Of a stretch of 64,000 nt of DNA, positions 31,450-41,444 are shown piece after piece. Both the position numbers and the translations under genes were made by a program. Positions within the stretch are counted from its first letter, which is position 1; each line of letters starts with the position of its first letter. Where the stretch lies: NCBI GenBank assembly GCA_963977005.1, contig CAXBMQ010000012.1, positions 4,307-68,306 on the forward strand. Reading direction: 5' to 3'. This DNA comes from an uncultured Rhodospirillaceae bacterium (GTDB taxonomy: Bacteria > Pseudomonadota > Alphaproteobacteria > MPNO01 > UBA830). Under the pieces are notes generated by a model. It was not told the origin of the DNA. It made no database searches and saw only the letters and a list, made by a program, of their open reading frames with translations.

Positions 31450-32190
31450 CTACAGGAAGAGCGTGGCAAAGCCGATCACCATCAGAAAAACAAGGGCTAT
31501 CCGCCGAAAACCCGCTTCGGATGCCCTGGCAAACAGGTTCTGGCCGATCCACATGCCGATCATCAGCGTCGGCATAATCAGCAGGCTGGCACCGATTATC
31601 TGGGCGACCAGCAAACCGCCGATCCAGTACATTCCCATCGCGATGGTCTGTACGAAGATAAAATACAGGATAATCGCCGCACGGTTCTGAGCCGCGCTGA
31701 AAGGCCCGGCCATCAGGAAGGTAACCACCGGCGGCCCGCCGACCGACGCGGCTCCCGTGATAAAGCCGCCGATCAGCCCGACTGTCCCCATGATCCAGCC
31801 ATTGATCCTGCCGGTATAGCGCCAGCCCCGCATCATCATGAATGCGAAAAAGATAATCAGCACGGATATCGCCTTGCGGATGGCGTCGGGGTCCTCGGTC
31901 GCCAGGACCCACGCTCCGATCGGGATGGTGACGCACCCCGCGATCGACAAGGGTGCTACCCGGCCCCATTCCACGTCCCGCAGGGCGCGCGGCAGAAGCT
32001 GAATACTGGTCACTAGGTGAACGGCCGTCACCACCGGGACGGCAATCTGCGGGCCGAGAAAGGCGGACGCCACCGGCACGATCATCAATGCGGAGCCGAA
32101 ACCCGAAAACCCGCGCATAACGCCAGCGAAAAAAGCAACGGCGGCGATCGCAGACGCTTCGAGAACGGAAATATCGGGCCAGAATTCCAA
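31450..32190 (-). CDS. TauE/SafE family anion exporter, paralog 3
   Basis: Close paralog of the next gene. The likely TTG start at 32190 lies just after the upstream stop. The ORF-track extension to 32316 would overlap its neighbour by 115 nt. Confidence 0.75.
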   Translation of the reverse strand: MEFWPDISVLEASAIAAVAFFAGVMRGFSGFGSALMIVPVASAFLGPQIAVPVVTAVHLVTSIQLLPRALRDVEWGRVAPLSIAGCVTIPIGAWVLATEDPDAIRKAISVLIIFFAFMMMRGWRYTGRINGWIMGTVGLIGGFITGAASVGGPPVVTFLMAGPFSAAQNRAAIILYFIFVQTIAMGMYWIGGLLVAQIIGASLLIMPTLMIGMWIGQNLFARASEAGFRRIALVFLMVIGFATLFL

Positions 32191-32200
32191 GCTGCTGCTT

Positions 32201-32950
32201 TCAGGCAAATAGCGTCGAGAGACCGATGGCGAGAAGAAATGCCAGCGCGATGCGGCGGTAGAGCTGGTCGGACGCTTTACCGAACAGCTTTTCGCCGATC
32301 CAGGTGCCGAAGACAATGGTCGGCAGCATCGGCAGGGCGACCCATAACGTCTTGGCCGTCATCAGACCGCCGAACCAGTAAACGATCAACGCAACAGCCT
32401 GCGTAAACAGGAAATAGAGGATGATTGCCGCCCGGTTCCGGGCAGCGTTCTCGGGCCCGGCCAACAGGAACATCACGACAGGGGGTCCGCCCGCGGCCGC
32501 CGCGCCCGAAATAAACCCGCCGATCCAACCGGCAATAGCACTGAACAGGGGTTTCACACTCCCCCTGTAGCGCCAGCCGATCAGCATCAGGACCGCAAAG
32601 AAGATCACGGTCAACGAGATAGACCGCCGGATCAGTTCCTGGTCGACGACAACCAGCAGCCAGGCCCCGATCGGAATACCGATCGCACCACCGACCGATA
32701 ACGGAATGACCGTCGACCAGTTCGCGCTGTTCCACGCCTTGGGCACCAGCTGAATGCTTGTGACCAGCATGACAATCAGAATTGCCGGTATTGCCGTACG
32801 CGGGCCGACGGCAAGTGACAGAACCGGGGCAATCGTCAACGCCGATCCAAATCCTGCAAACCCCCTCATCAATCCCGCAAGCAGAGCGGTACCTGCGACC
32901 AGGGCTGTCTCGATTGTCGTCAGTTCATAGTGTTGCTGCAGCCATTCCAC
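32201..32950 (-). CDS. TauE/SafE family anion exporter, paralog 4
   Basis: 249 aa, MRGFAGFGSALTIAPV motif. Starts 3 nt after the OCD gene stop. Confidence 0.8.
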   Translation of the reverse strand: MEWLQQHYELTTIETALVAGTALLAGLMRGFAGFGSALTIAPVLSLAVGPRTAIPAILIVMLVTSIQLVPKAWNSANWSTVIPLSVGGAIGIPIGAWLLVVVDQELIRRSISLTVIFFAVLMLIGWRYRGSVKPLFSAIAGWIGGFISGAAAAGGPPVVMFLLAGPENAARNRAAIILYFLFTQAVALIVYWFGGLMTAKTLWVALPMLPTIVFGTWIGEKLFGKASDQLYRRIALAFLLAIGLSTLFA

Positions 32951-32952
32951 GG

Positions 32953-34011
32953 TCAGGTCAGATCGATCTCGGTTCCGCGGCCTTCTTCGCAGGCCCGGCG
33001 ATAGGCCGTCATCGCGATCGCCATTTCGGACGAACCCGTGCCGTTGTTGTTCTTGTGATAGGTGATCTGTTCGCCGGATGTCCGCCCCGGATGACCGCCG
33101 GTGACAAGATCGCCAAGCTCATAGACGTCGCCGATATCAATCAGCCCCGCCTGGATCGGGTCGAACAGGTCCCCCTGCTCTTCGCTGACCATCGATTCCT
33201 TCAGGTTCGTAACGATCACGTCGGACCGCATCGCCGTATTGTCGTCGATCTCGCGCCGCGACTTCTTGAGAAACCCGCCCTGAACGAGTTGTTTGTTCCC
33301 GCCGATAATGCCGGTGACGTGTTGTCCCGCAACAAGGCGGCTGCCATCGAACAGCTCTACATTGGTGTTGGTCGCACATACGACGACGTCGACATCGTCC
33401 AGCAGCACGTCAGGCGTATCGACCGGGACGATCTCGATATCGAATTGCGGCCCGTATTTTTCGGCGAACGCACGCCGGTTCGCCGGATCCCGGCTATAGA
33501 CTTTGACATGCGCGATGGACGGCCTTTCGGTCTTGAGCGCCCAAAGCTGGTTTGCCGCCTGCCCGCCCGAACCGAACAACCCGACCGTTCGGGCATCCTC
33601 GCGCACAAGATAGCGAAAGCCGACACCGCTTGTCGCCGCGGTGCGGAACGCCATCAGACTGGTCGGGCCGATAGTCTTTTCGTCGATCTCGCCGAACAAT
33701 ATGGCCAACAGCCGCCCGGTTTCGGAATCGTGGAGCACATGAACCGGATGTTCGCGATGGGCATAGCGCTGGTTGGCCCCTTCCTGGACAACGAGTTCGG
33801 CGCGCACCTGTGCGCCCATCACGCCCAGGGCATGGACGCCGCCGGGAAAGTTCGACACACGCACACCGGCCGGCGAATGCACCCTGCGGCGCGGCGCGTT
33901 GATGACAGGGAATTCCGTCGATTCCCGGTATCCCTGTTCGATCGCGTCGATCGCCTCTCTCATCGACACAAGACCCTGCAGATCGGCCGGCTTCAACAGC
34001 AACACACTCAT
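32953..34011 (-). CDS. Ornithine cyclodeaminase / mu-crystallin family protein
   Basis: Rossmann motif LFGSGGQA and OCD-family architecture. 352 aa. Confidence 0.8.
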   Translation of the reverse strand: MSVLLLKPADLQGLVSMREAIDAIEQGYRESTEFPVINAPRRRVHSPAGVRVSNFPGGVHALGVMGAQVRAELVVQEGANQRYAHREHPVHVLHDSETGRLLAILFGEIDEKTIGPTSLMAFRTAATSGVGFRYLVREDARTVGLFGSGGQAANQLWALKTERPSIAHVKVYSRDPANRRAFAEKYGPQFDIEIVPVDTPDVLLDDVDVVVCATNTNVELFDGSRLVAGQHVTGIIGGNKQLVQGGFLKKSRREIDDNTAMRSDVIVTNLKESMVSEEQGDLFDPIQAGLIDIGDVYELGDLVTGGHPGRTSGEQITYHKNNNGTGSSEMAIAMTAYRRACEEGRGTEIDLT

Positions 34012-34156
34012 ATCCCGTCCTCCTCATTTTTTTCAAACTTGGCCCTTCGCGATCAAGCGGTCAATCGGCAGGGCAGCGTCCTTTCGCCCGGCGGGTTTCA
34101 CGCATATGCAAATCGGATTACTCTGCGTCCGGCAACGAGTTCGGAGAAGTAAATTT

Positions 34157-35290
34157 ATGGCGGCGGGATCGGAGTGGTTGGCCGAGACCCGGACCGGCGA
34201 CGGTCTGGAAATCCGCCTGTCCGGAGACTGGACCATCGACAATGCCGACCGCATAGACGCAGGCATTGCCGGGTCGGCGACCGCGCCCGCGGGAACCACC
34301 GTAATCGATGTCTCTCTGGTCGGCCGCATGGATACAACCGGCGCCTGGCTGGTCGAAAAGATTCGGCGGCGACTAACCACCCCCGACGTCACCGTGGAGA
34401 TCCTTGGCGCACAGCCCAATCACCAGGTCCTGATCGACCGCCTGCATGCTTTGACCGGCGAGCCCGCCCCCGAGCCGACGCGTTACAGCGCCCTTTCGCT
34501 GCTGGCAGAGCACACAGGTCGGGCGACCATGGATGCGCTGCGCGAAGGCGCGGACCTGCTCAATTTTCTGGGTCTCGCCACTGTCACGGCCACGAGAACG
34601 GCGCTATCCCCGCGTCGTTTCCGTATAACGGCGTTCGTCCACCACCTGGAGCAGGTGGGGCTGAATGCCCTGCCAATCGTCGGATTGCTCTCGTTCCTGA
34701 TCGGCGTCGTCCTCGCCTATCAGGGAGCGGATCAACTTCGCCGGTTCGGGGCTGAAATATTCACGGTCAACCTTCTCGGCATATCGATCCTGCGCGAAAT
34801 GGGGATCCTGTTGACGGCGATTATCGTCGCCGGGCGATCGGGCAGCGCCTTTGCGGCGCAGATCGGCACCATGCAGGTGAACGAGGAAATAGATGCAATG
34901 CGCACCATCGGGCTCGATCCGATGGAGGTGCTGGTTCTGCCGCGAACCCTGGCGCTGTTGGTCGCAATGCCGCTGCTCGCCGTCTATGCGGACCTGATGG
35001 GTCTGGCAGGCGGCGCGCTGATGGCCATTGTGTCCCTCGATATCACGTTTACCCAGTTCACCGAGCGGCTGAAGGATGTCGTGCCGATATGGTCGTTCTG
35101 GGTCGGGATCATCAAGGCGCCGATATTCGGAATCGTGATCGCCCTTGTCGGCTGCCGCGAAGGGCTCAAAGTCCGCGGCAGTGCAGACAGCGTCGGCCGC
35201 CAGACAACGCGCGCCGTCGTCGTCTCGATCTTTCTGGTCATCATCATCGATGCAGTGTTTTCGATCTTCTTTTCGGCGGTCGGAGTCTAG
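34157..35290 (+). CDS. MlaE-family ABC permease fused to an N-terminal STAS (MlaB-like) domain
   Basis: ATG at 34157. N-terminal STAS-like domain (GDGLEIRLSGDWTIDN..VIDVSLVGRMDTTG), then a 5-6 TM MlaE core. The ORF-track N-terminal extension to 33773 is implausible because it overlaps the convergent OCD gene. Confidence 0.8.
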   Translation: MAAGSEWLAETRTGDGLEIRLSGDWTIDNADRIDAGIAGSATAPAGTTVIDVSLVGRMDTTGAWLVEKIRRRLTTPDVTVEILGAQPNHQVLIDRLHALTGEPAPEPTRYSALSLLAEHTGRATMDALREGADLLNFLGLATVTATRTALSPRRFRITAFVHHLEQVGLNALPIVGLLSFLIGVVLAYQGADQLRRFGAEIFTVNLLGISILREMGILLTAIIVAGRSGSAFAAQIGTMQVNEEIDAMRTIGLDPMEVLVLPRTLALLVAMPLLAVYADLMGLAGGALMAIVSLDITFTQFTERLKDVVPIWSFWVGIIKAPIFGIVIALVGCREGLKVRGSADSVGRQTTRAVVVSIFLVIIIDAVFSIFFSAVGV

Positions 35291-35293
35291 CCA

Positions 35294-36064
35294 GTGACCG
35301 ACACGCCCGCCATCAGCATCCGCGGCCTGCGCACCCAGTTCGGTCGTACAGTCATCCATGACGGCGTCGATCTGGACATCGTTCGCGGCGAAGTGATGGG
35401 CGTCGTCGGTGCGTCGGGGTCCGGAAAATCCGTGCTGATGCGGGCGGTGATCGGTCTCGTCACACCGACAGCGGGCACGGTCCGTATTTTCGGAAAGGAC
35501 AGGGCGGCGATGTCCGGCGCGGAACTGAACGCCATCGAAAAACGTTACGGGGTGTTGTTCCAGAACGGCGCCCTGTTTTCATCGCTGACAGTCGCACAGA
35601 ACGTGATGGTACCACTGAAGGAACATACCGGTATGTCGGCAGCCCTGATGGCTGAGATAGCGGCCTACAAGATCGCGATGTCGGGCCTGCCCCACGACGC
35701 CTGCACGAAGTATCCATCGGAACTTTCGGGCGGCATGCGAAAACGGGCCGGGCTGGCGCGGGCCCTCGCGCTCGATCCGGAAATTCTGTTTCTCGATGAA
35801 CCGACGGCCGGGCTAGATCCCATCGGCGCCGCCGCCTTCGACACGCTGATCGGCGACCTGCAGAAAACCCTCGGGCTTACGGTCGTGATGGTCACCCATG
35901 ACCTCGACAGCCTCTACGCTATTTGCGACCGCGTCGCCGTCCTCGTCGACAAACATGCTATTGTCGGCACGATTGGGGAACTGACGGAAAATCAGCACCC
36001 CTGGATACATGATTATTTTCACGGTCCCAGGTCACGGGCCGCAACCGAGAGCGGAGGCGAGTGA
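35294..36064 (+). CDS. ABC transporter ATP-binding protein (MlaF-like)
   Basis: Walker A GASGSGKS, signature LSGGMRKR, Walker B ILFLDEPT. Confidence 0.9.
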   Translation: MTDTPAISIRGLRTQFGRTVIHDGVDLDIVRGEVMGVVGASGSGKSVLMRAVIGLVTPTAGTVRIFGKDRAAMSGAELNAIEKRYGVLFQNGALFSSLTVAQNVMVPLKEHTGMSAALMAEIAAYKIAMSGLPHDACTKYPSELSGGMRKRAGLARALALDPEILFLDEPTAGLDPIGAAAFDTLIGDLQKTLGLTVVMVTHDLDSLYAICDRVAVLVDKHAIVGTIGELTENQHPWIHDYFHGPRSRAATESGGE

Positions 36065-37017
36065 TGGAAACGCGGGCGAGTTATGTCGTGGTCGGCACAT
36101 TCGTACTGGCATTGACCGCCGCCGCTTTCGGCGTCGTGCTGTTCCTCACGCGGACGAGCTTCGAAGACACGCCAAAGACCTATATCTCGTATTTCACCGG
36201 GTCGGTGACCGGACTCCAGATCGGCAGCCCCGTCCGGTATCGCGGCGTCCCCGTCGGGACCGTCAACGATATCCGCATCGAACCGACGGATGTCGAGCGC
36301 GTGCGGGTCACGATGGAGATCGTCCAGGGCACGCCCATCAAAACCGATACCAGCTCGACGCTGGGCCTTCAGGGCATTACCGGCGTCGCGTATATCGAAT
36401 TAACCGGGGGCACGCGCGACAGTAAACCGCTGACCGCGGTCGCGGATGCCAAGGTGCCGGTTATTCCGTCGAAAACATCCGGGATACAGCAGGTTCTTGC
36501 CAGCGCGCCGGAACTGCTGGAGCGCGCCGTCGCAATCACCGAGCGGCTGGCACTGATTCTCGACGACCGGAACGTGGAATCAATTGCGAACACGCTGGAT
36601 AACCTGAGCAGTCTCACGGGAACGCTCGCAGGCAGCAGCAGCCAGATCGAACAGTTGATCGGCGACAGTCAGAAAACATTCGCGGCCCTGCGAGAGGCGG
36701 CCGACGGCGTCTCGGAACTGACCAACGGGCTGAACCGCAAGGTCGGCCCGCTCGCCGACGACGCCGATGACATTCTGACTGATGTCCACAAAGCCGTTCG
36801 CGGTTTCAACAGGATCGCCAACCAGCTTGAACTGGTGGTCGATGAGAACCGCGCGTCGATCCGGGATTTCTCATCGGGCGGCCTGTATGAACTGTCGCAG
36901 TTCATTGCCGAGGGCCGCGTTCTTATTTCAGCCCTGACACGGCTATCGGCGCAGATCGAGCGGGATCCGGCCCGGTTCTTCTTTGGTGACAATCAGAAAG
37001 GCTTCGAAGCGAAATGA
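36061..37017 (+). CDS. MCE/MlaD family substrate-binding protein
   Basis: N-terminal TM followed by an MCE domain (GSPVRYRGVPVGTVNDI). 318 aa. Confidence 0.85.
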   Translation: MMETRASYVVVGTFVLALTAAAFGVVLFLTRTSFEDTPKTYISYFTGSVTGLQIGSPVRYRGVPVGTVNDIRIEPTDVERVRVTMEIVQGTPIKTDTSSTLGLQGITGVAYIELTGGTRDSKPLTAVADAKVPVIPSKTSGIQQVLASAPELLERAVAITERLALILDDRNVESIANTLDNLSSLTGTLAGSSSQIEQLIGDSQKTFAALREAADGVSELTNGLNRKVGPLADDADDILTDVHKAVRGFNRIANQLELVVDENRASIRDFSSGGLYELSQFIAEGRVLISALTRLSAQIERDPARFFFGDNQKGFEAK

Positions 37018-37670
37018 TATTGAGAAACGTCTCGAAACTTCGCTCCGCCACCCTCGGCCTGGCTTTGACGGGTCTGCTGTCTGCCTGCACGGGCAACATA
37101 CTTCCCGGCGCCGGGAACGACCCGCCCAATTTGTACGTTCTGACACCCAAAACCACCTTCGCCGCAGACCTGCCGAAGGTCGACTGGCAATTGACGATAC
37201 CGCTTCCGATTGCAGATGCGGCGCTGAATACGGCCCGGATCACGCTGCGCCAAAATCCGATATCGCTTGAATACTATGCGCGCGCGAACTGGGTCGACAC
37301 GGCACCGCAGATGATCCAGACGCTGCTCGTCGAAAGCTTTGAAAATTCAGGCAAGATTGTCGGCGTCGGGCGGCAGTCGGTGACCCTGCGCGCCGATTAC
37401 AGCCTGCTGACGGATCTTCGCGAATTCCAGGCCGAATATCTGGGAAGCGGCCCGCCCCGCGTACGGGTGCGGTTAAACGCCAAGCTGGTTAAAATGCCAC
37501 AGCGGACAATCCTGGCGACCGAAACTTTCGAGGCCCTCGAACCCGCGGCAAGCTCCGACCTCGAAGCGGTGGTCAGTGCATTCGATGTGGCGCTGGGCAA
37601 AACTCTCAAACGTATTGTCGAATGGGCCCTGACGGCGGTGCCGCCTGAGACGCCGCGCGCGCGTCGCTAA
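37014..37670 (+). CDS. ABC-type transport auxiliary lipoprotein (PqiC/DUF330-like)
   Basis: Lipobox LLSACTG, about 200 aa. It is the fourth gene of the MCE operon, with 4-nt overlaps. Confidence 0.75.
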   Translation: MILRNVSKLRSATLGLALTGLLSACTGNILPGAGNDPPNLYVLTPKTTFAADLPKVDWQLTIPLPIADAALNTARITLRQNPISLEYYARANWVDTAPQMIQTLLVESFENSGKIVGVGRQSVTLRADYSLLTDLREFQAEYLGSGPPRVRVRLNAKLVKMPQRTILATETFEALEPAASSDLEAVVSAFDVALGKTLKRIVEWALTAVPPETPRARR

Positions 37671-37686
37671 TCCGGTTCCAGGAGAC

Positions 37687-38745
37687 TCAGGAGCCTTTCT
37701 CGGGCTTCGCCAGATAGTCTTCCATCTTCGATGTCAGCTTCTCTGAATCGCCGGCGGTGAGCATATATGTCCACCCCTTCGTGCGCGTATTGATCTCGGC
37801 GACGGCCTTTTCGGCAGCGGCCTTCTTTTCGGCATCCGTGACGGCGTCATCGACCCTGGCGGAAAAACGGCCCCAGAAATCATCGCCGAATTTCGCCGTT
37901 TCGATCCGGACCGTAAAGCCGTCCCAGACGGTATACTCGGCGACCCATGGCTTCGCCGGCCATTCCTGCTTTTCGGCCTTTTTCACATCGTCGAACATCA
38001 TCCGCCACATCACCCCGGCCAGCGGGTCGGCTTCGTCCTTGTTCTTGATCGTGCGGCCGTCGGGCAGGTTCTCGATCTTAAAATTCGCATCCTTGACATC
38101 CGCCTTGGCAAGGATGATCTCGTTCCCCTCGGGGTCCGCAACAACGACGCGGCTGACCTTTTCCTGGCCGTAATTCACGATCTGGCGGACCATCCAGTTA
38201 TTCGGTTCTTCCCCCAGCTCGACCTGACCGCGGGCGAGCCAGGTCTCTTTTTCACCGGCACGCCGGATATAGGTGCCGGCGCCACCTGTCCCGAACAGGT
38301 TCGGGTTGAGTTTGCCAATGACGACATCGGCCAGAACATTATCCTTTGCATCCTTCAGGACGATTTTCCGCGACTTCGCCTTTTCGTCAGACGGATCGTT
38401 CAGCTCCAGCCGGTCGTAGCGGGCCGCGTCGGCTGTTTTCTTTTCGATCAGCTTGAAATTCGACAGATTCACGATTGCCGATTTGACCTTCTGAAACTCG
38501 ACGCGGTACCCGTCTTTCTGGTCCATGCCCCAGTTTTCGCCATCCAGGGTCATCGAGAACGCGTTCTTCGCGTTCTTTATCTCGATTCTCGCGACGCTGT
38601 TCACATTGGCAGCCAGTTTCGGAAACGCCGGGTCTGTGCCGGCGGTGAGCGACGTAATTTCGGTCTGTGTCGAAACGGCAACGGCGGCTGCAACGACCAC
38701 AGCGGTCGTCAGGCCTGCAAAGGCATAGAATGTTCCTGGTTTCAT
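37687..38745 (-). CDS. DUF4340 domain protein
   Basis: Signal/TM N terminus. It is the last gene of the GldG-type ABC operon. Confidence 0.6.
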   Translation of the reverse strand: MKPGTFYAFAGLTTAVVVAAAVAVSTQTEITSLTAGTDPAFPKLAANVNSVARIEIKNAKNAFSMTLDGENWGMDQKDGYRVEFQKVKSAIVNLSNFKLIEKKTADAARYDRLELNDPSDEKAKSRKIVLKDAKDNVLADVVIGKLNPNLFGTGGAGTYIRRAGEKETWLARGQVELGEEPNNWMVRQIVNYGQEKVSRVVVADPEGNEIILAKADVKDANFKIENLPDGRTIKNKDEADPLAGVMWRMMFDDVKKAEKQEWPAKPWVAEYTVWDGFTVRIETAKFGDDFWGRFSARVDDAVTDAEKKAAAEKAVAEINTRTKGWTYMLTAGDSEKLTSKMEDYLAKPEKGS

Positions 38746-38765
38746 CGTGCGGTCTCCCCTACCGA

Positions 38766-40700
38766 TCAGGACGCCGTACGGGCGCGTTTGCGATTGCGGC
38801 GCACGAGCGCGACGATCACGGCGAAAATAGCGACCGCGGCCGGCATGGCCGCGATGTTGACCAGTTTGAGCTGGGCGTCGAGATCGTCGATATCCCGACG
38901 AAGGTTCAGCTGGACGCTCCGCAACTCGCGCCGGATTTCCAGAACACGCGCCCGGAACTTGCCGATTGCTTCCTGCTGTTCCGGCGACAGCACCGCGCCG
39001 CTTTTGGCACGCTCGGTCGTCTGCAGTTCCTGCATCTTCTTTTCGACGTCGGCCAGTTCCTGGACAAGGCTCCGTTCCTTGGTGCGATATTTGTCTTCGG
39101 CCTCGTTCTGGATATCCTCGACGAGCTCGAACGGGCGCGCGGAAAGGCCCCGACTGCGGAGCCCGATCAGCGAGCTCGACCCTGACAGGTTATCGGCGGC
39201 ATTTACCACGAAGTCGGCGTTGTTCGCTGTCGGCACGGTCACGGTCTGTCCGAACAGGTCCTGGGTACGAACCCAGAAAAGATCGGCGATGAAGTCCGTA
39301 TCCGCGACAATAATGATGTTCGCCGGCTTTGCGGATTCCGTCAGATGCGGCTTCATCGGAGCAGCCTTGTCATCCTTGTCGCCGTCTTTTTTCGCATCCT
39401 TTTTGGAATCGTCTTTCGGCGGACCGTCGGGAAAGGCGCTCTTGACGGTGCCGCTCAACCGGGCGGCAAGAATGTAGGTCTTATCCTGCGGCTTGAACTG
39501 CTGCAGAATATCAGCGGGTTTCGGATCGCGCCGCACCATGTCGGCAGAGAACGGACCGGATGACTCAGTCGATGTAATCAGCGGTTCGACCTTGACCGTC
39601 GCCCCTTCGGCGACCTCGAAAAAGCCCGGCGTCCCGAAATTGACCAGGCGCAACTGCGAGCTGGTCACATCGGTTGAATTGATATTTTCCGGGCCGTAAC
39701 TCGTCCAGGCCACGTAGCGCGTGATGATCGGCCGGCCAAAGGAATCGACGCCTGCCTGCACCCGCTGACCAGCCTTCAGATCGCCCAGCACCTTGTTCTT
39801 GTCGAATTTGATTCCCCATGCCTTGAACAGCTTCGGCAGATCGGAACCCATACCGGGCGGAAGGCGCAGGGCCTGATTGCTCCGGGCGCCCTCTTCGGCG
39901 TGCGGATCAACAAAGACCATCGCCTTGCCGCCGCGCAGGACGTACTGGTCGATGGCATATTTGGATTCGTCGCTGAGACCGAAGGGATGAACAATCATCA
40001 CCAGATCGACATCGTCCGTAATTTTCGGGGTCAGCCCCTGCGGTCGCACTTCAAAGAACTGCTTCAACTGGTCGACAAGCGCCCAGGCCTTGTATTTCTT
40101 GAGCGGATCGGAATCGAGCGGAATACCGGCAACCAGCGCGATGACTTTTTTCTTCGGGTTCGCCAGGTTGTTGATCATCCTGGTCAGGTCATATTCGAGA
40201 AACTGCTCGCGCTGCGGTGTCAGGAACGGAATGACGTCCGTATCGTCGGTGGTATTCGTGGCCGCGATGCCGAAATAGCCCAGATCGCCGGCTTCAGTGA
40301 TCGGCACGCCGCTGAGGCCAAAACCGACGGCCCGGTCTTCTTCCGGCGAAAACGGTTCGGGGTCGATCAGTTCGAGGCGGATCGCCCCGTTCGAAAGTCC
40401 GACGTACCGCTCCAACAGTTCCTGTACGCGATCGCCATAGGCTGTCAGCCCGGGCGTCGTCTCAACCAGCTTGCGTGTCGAGAAGAAACGCAGCGTGATC
40501 GGCTCTTTGACAGCCGCGAGCGTCTCCTTTGTGCCCTCGGAAAGCGTGAAAAGCTTGTTCTCGGTCAGATCGACCTGAACGCCCTTGATGGCCGCTTCCG
40601 AAAAAATGTTGATTGCCAGGAACAGAACGACGGCGAGTGCCAATGCGGCGACGCCGAGCATACGGCTGTCGCGGATGGCGGGTTTGCTGCTATTTGCCAT
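38766..40700 (-). CDS. GldG-like ABC transport system auxiliary component
   Basis: 644 aa with N- and C-terminal TM segments and a large periplasmic domain. Located downstream of the ABC-2 permease. Confidence 0.75.
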   Translation of the reverse strand: MANSSKPAIRDSRMLGVAALALAVVLFLAINIFSEAAIKGVQVDLTENKLFTLSEGTKETLAAVKEPITLRFFSTRKLVETTPGLTAYGDRVQELLERYVGLSNGAIRLELIDPEPFSPEEDRAVGFGLSGVPITEAGDLGYFGIAATNTTDDTDVIPFLTPQREQFLEYDLTRMINNLANPKKKVIALVAGIPLDSDPLKKYKAWALVDQLKQFFEVRPQGLTPKITDDVDLVMIVHPFGLSDESKYAIDQYVLRGGKAMVFVDPHAEEGARSNQALRLPPGMGSDLPKLFKAWGIKFDKNKVLGDLKAGQRVQAGVDSFGRPIITRYVAWTSYGPENINSTDVTSSQLRLVNFGTPGFFEVAEGATVKVEPLITSTESSGPFSADMVRRDPKPADILQQFKPQDKTYILAARLSGTVKSAFPDGPPKDDSKKDAKKDGDKDDKAAPMKPHLTESAKPANIIIVADTDFIADLFWVRTQDLFGQTVTVPTANNADFVVNAADNLSGSSSLIGLRSRGLSARPFELVEDIQNEAEDKYRTKERSLVQELADVEKKMQELQTTERAKSGAVLSPEQQEAIGKFRARVLEIRRELRSVQLNLRRDIDDLDAQLKLVNIAAMPAAVAIFAVIVALVRRNRKRARTAS

Positions 40701-40709
40701 TTTGTACCC

Positions 40710-41444
40710 TCATGAGCCTTTCTTGAGGTCGACGATCACGACATTCGCGAACAGGAAGACGCCGATCACCGACGCCAGGTAAACGAAATCGCGAAGATCG
40801 AAAACGCCGCGCGTAATCGCATCAAAATTTGTCAGAAAACTGAGAGAAGCGACCAGATCGACGACAAAAGCGCTGGCCCAGCCCCGGAATGCCGATTGCA
40901 CCGGCTCCAGTCCGCTCATCATAAAGAGGAAGCAGACCGCTGCCGTGATGACGAAGGCAATGACCTGGTTGCGGGTCAAAGCCGACACGAAGCTGCCGAT
41001 CGCAAGGAACGCCCCTGCCATCAGGAAACTTGCGACATAGCCCGCGAAAATCACCCCGTTATCCGGCGACCCGAGATAATTGACGGTAATCCAGATCGGG
41101 AATGTCAGCGCCAGTGCGATCCCCGCGAAGATCCAGGCGGCGATAAACTTGCCGGCGACTGCCTGTGTGGTCGACACCGGCAGGGTCATCAGAAGCTCAA
41201 TCGTGCCCGATTTGCGTTCTTCGGCCCAGAGCCGCATGCCGACAGCCGGGATCAGGAACAGGTACAGCCACGGGTGAAACGAGAAAAACGCCTGCAGATC
41301 GGCCTGCCCGCGCTGGAAGAATCCGCCGAAATAGAATGTCGTCGCGCCGGCAAGCGCGAGGAAAATAACAATAAAGACATAGGCGAGCGGCGTCGAAAAA
41401 TACGCAAAAAGCTCGCGCTTGGAGATTGCCAGTGCGGTGCTCAT
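40710..41444 (-). CDS. ABC-2 type transporter permease (GldF-like)
   Basis: 244 aa, 6 TM. Confidence 0.8.
   Translation of the reverse strand: MSTALAISKRELFAYFSTPLAYVFIVIFLALAGATTFYFGGFFQRGQADLQAFFSFHPWLYLFLIPAVGMRLWAEERKSGTIELLMTLPVSTTQAVAGKFIAAWIFAGIALALTFPIWITVNYLGSPDNGVIFAGYVASFLMAGAFLAIGSFVSALTRNQVIAFVITAAVCFLFMMSGLEPVQSAFRGWASAFVVDLVASLSFLTNFDAITRGVFDLRDFVYLASVIGVFLFANVVIVDLKKGS

Noticed and set aside
33773-34156. N-terminal extension of the MlaE-STAS ORF
   Set aside because: It overlaps the convergent OCD gene on the opposite strand. The ATG at 34157 gives a normal STAS-MlaE protein.
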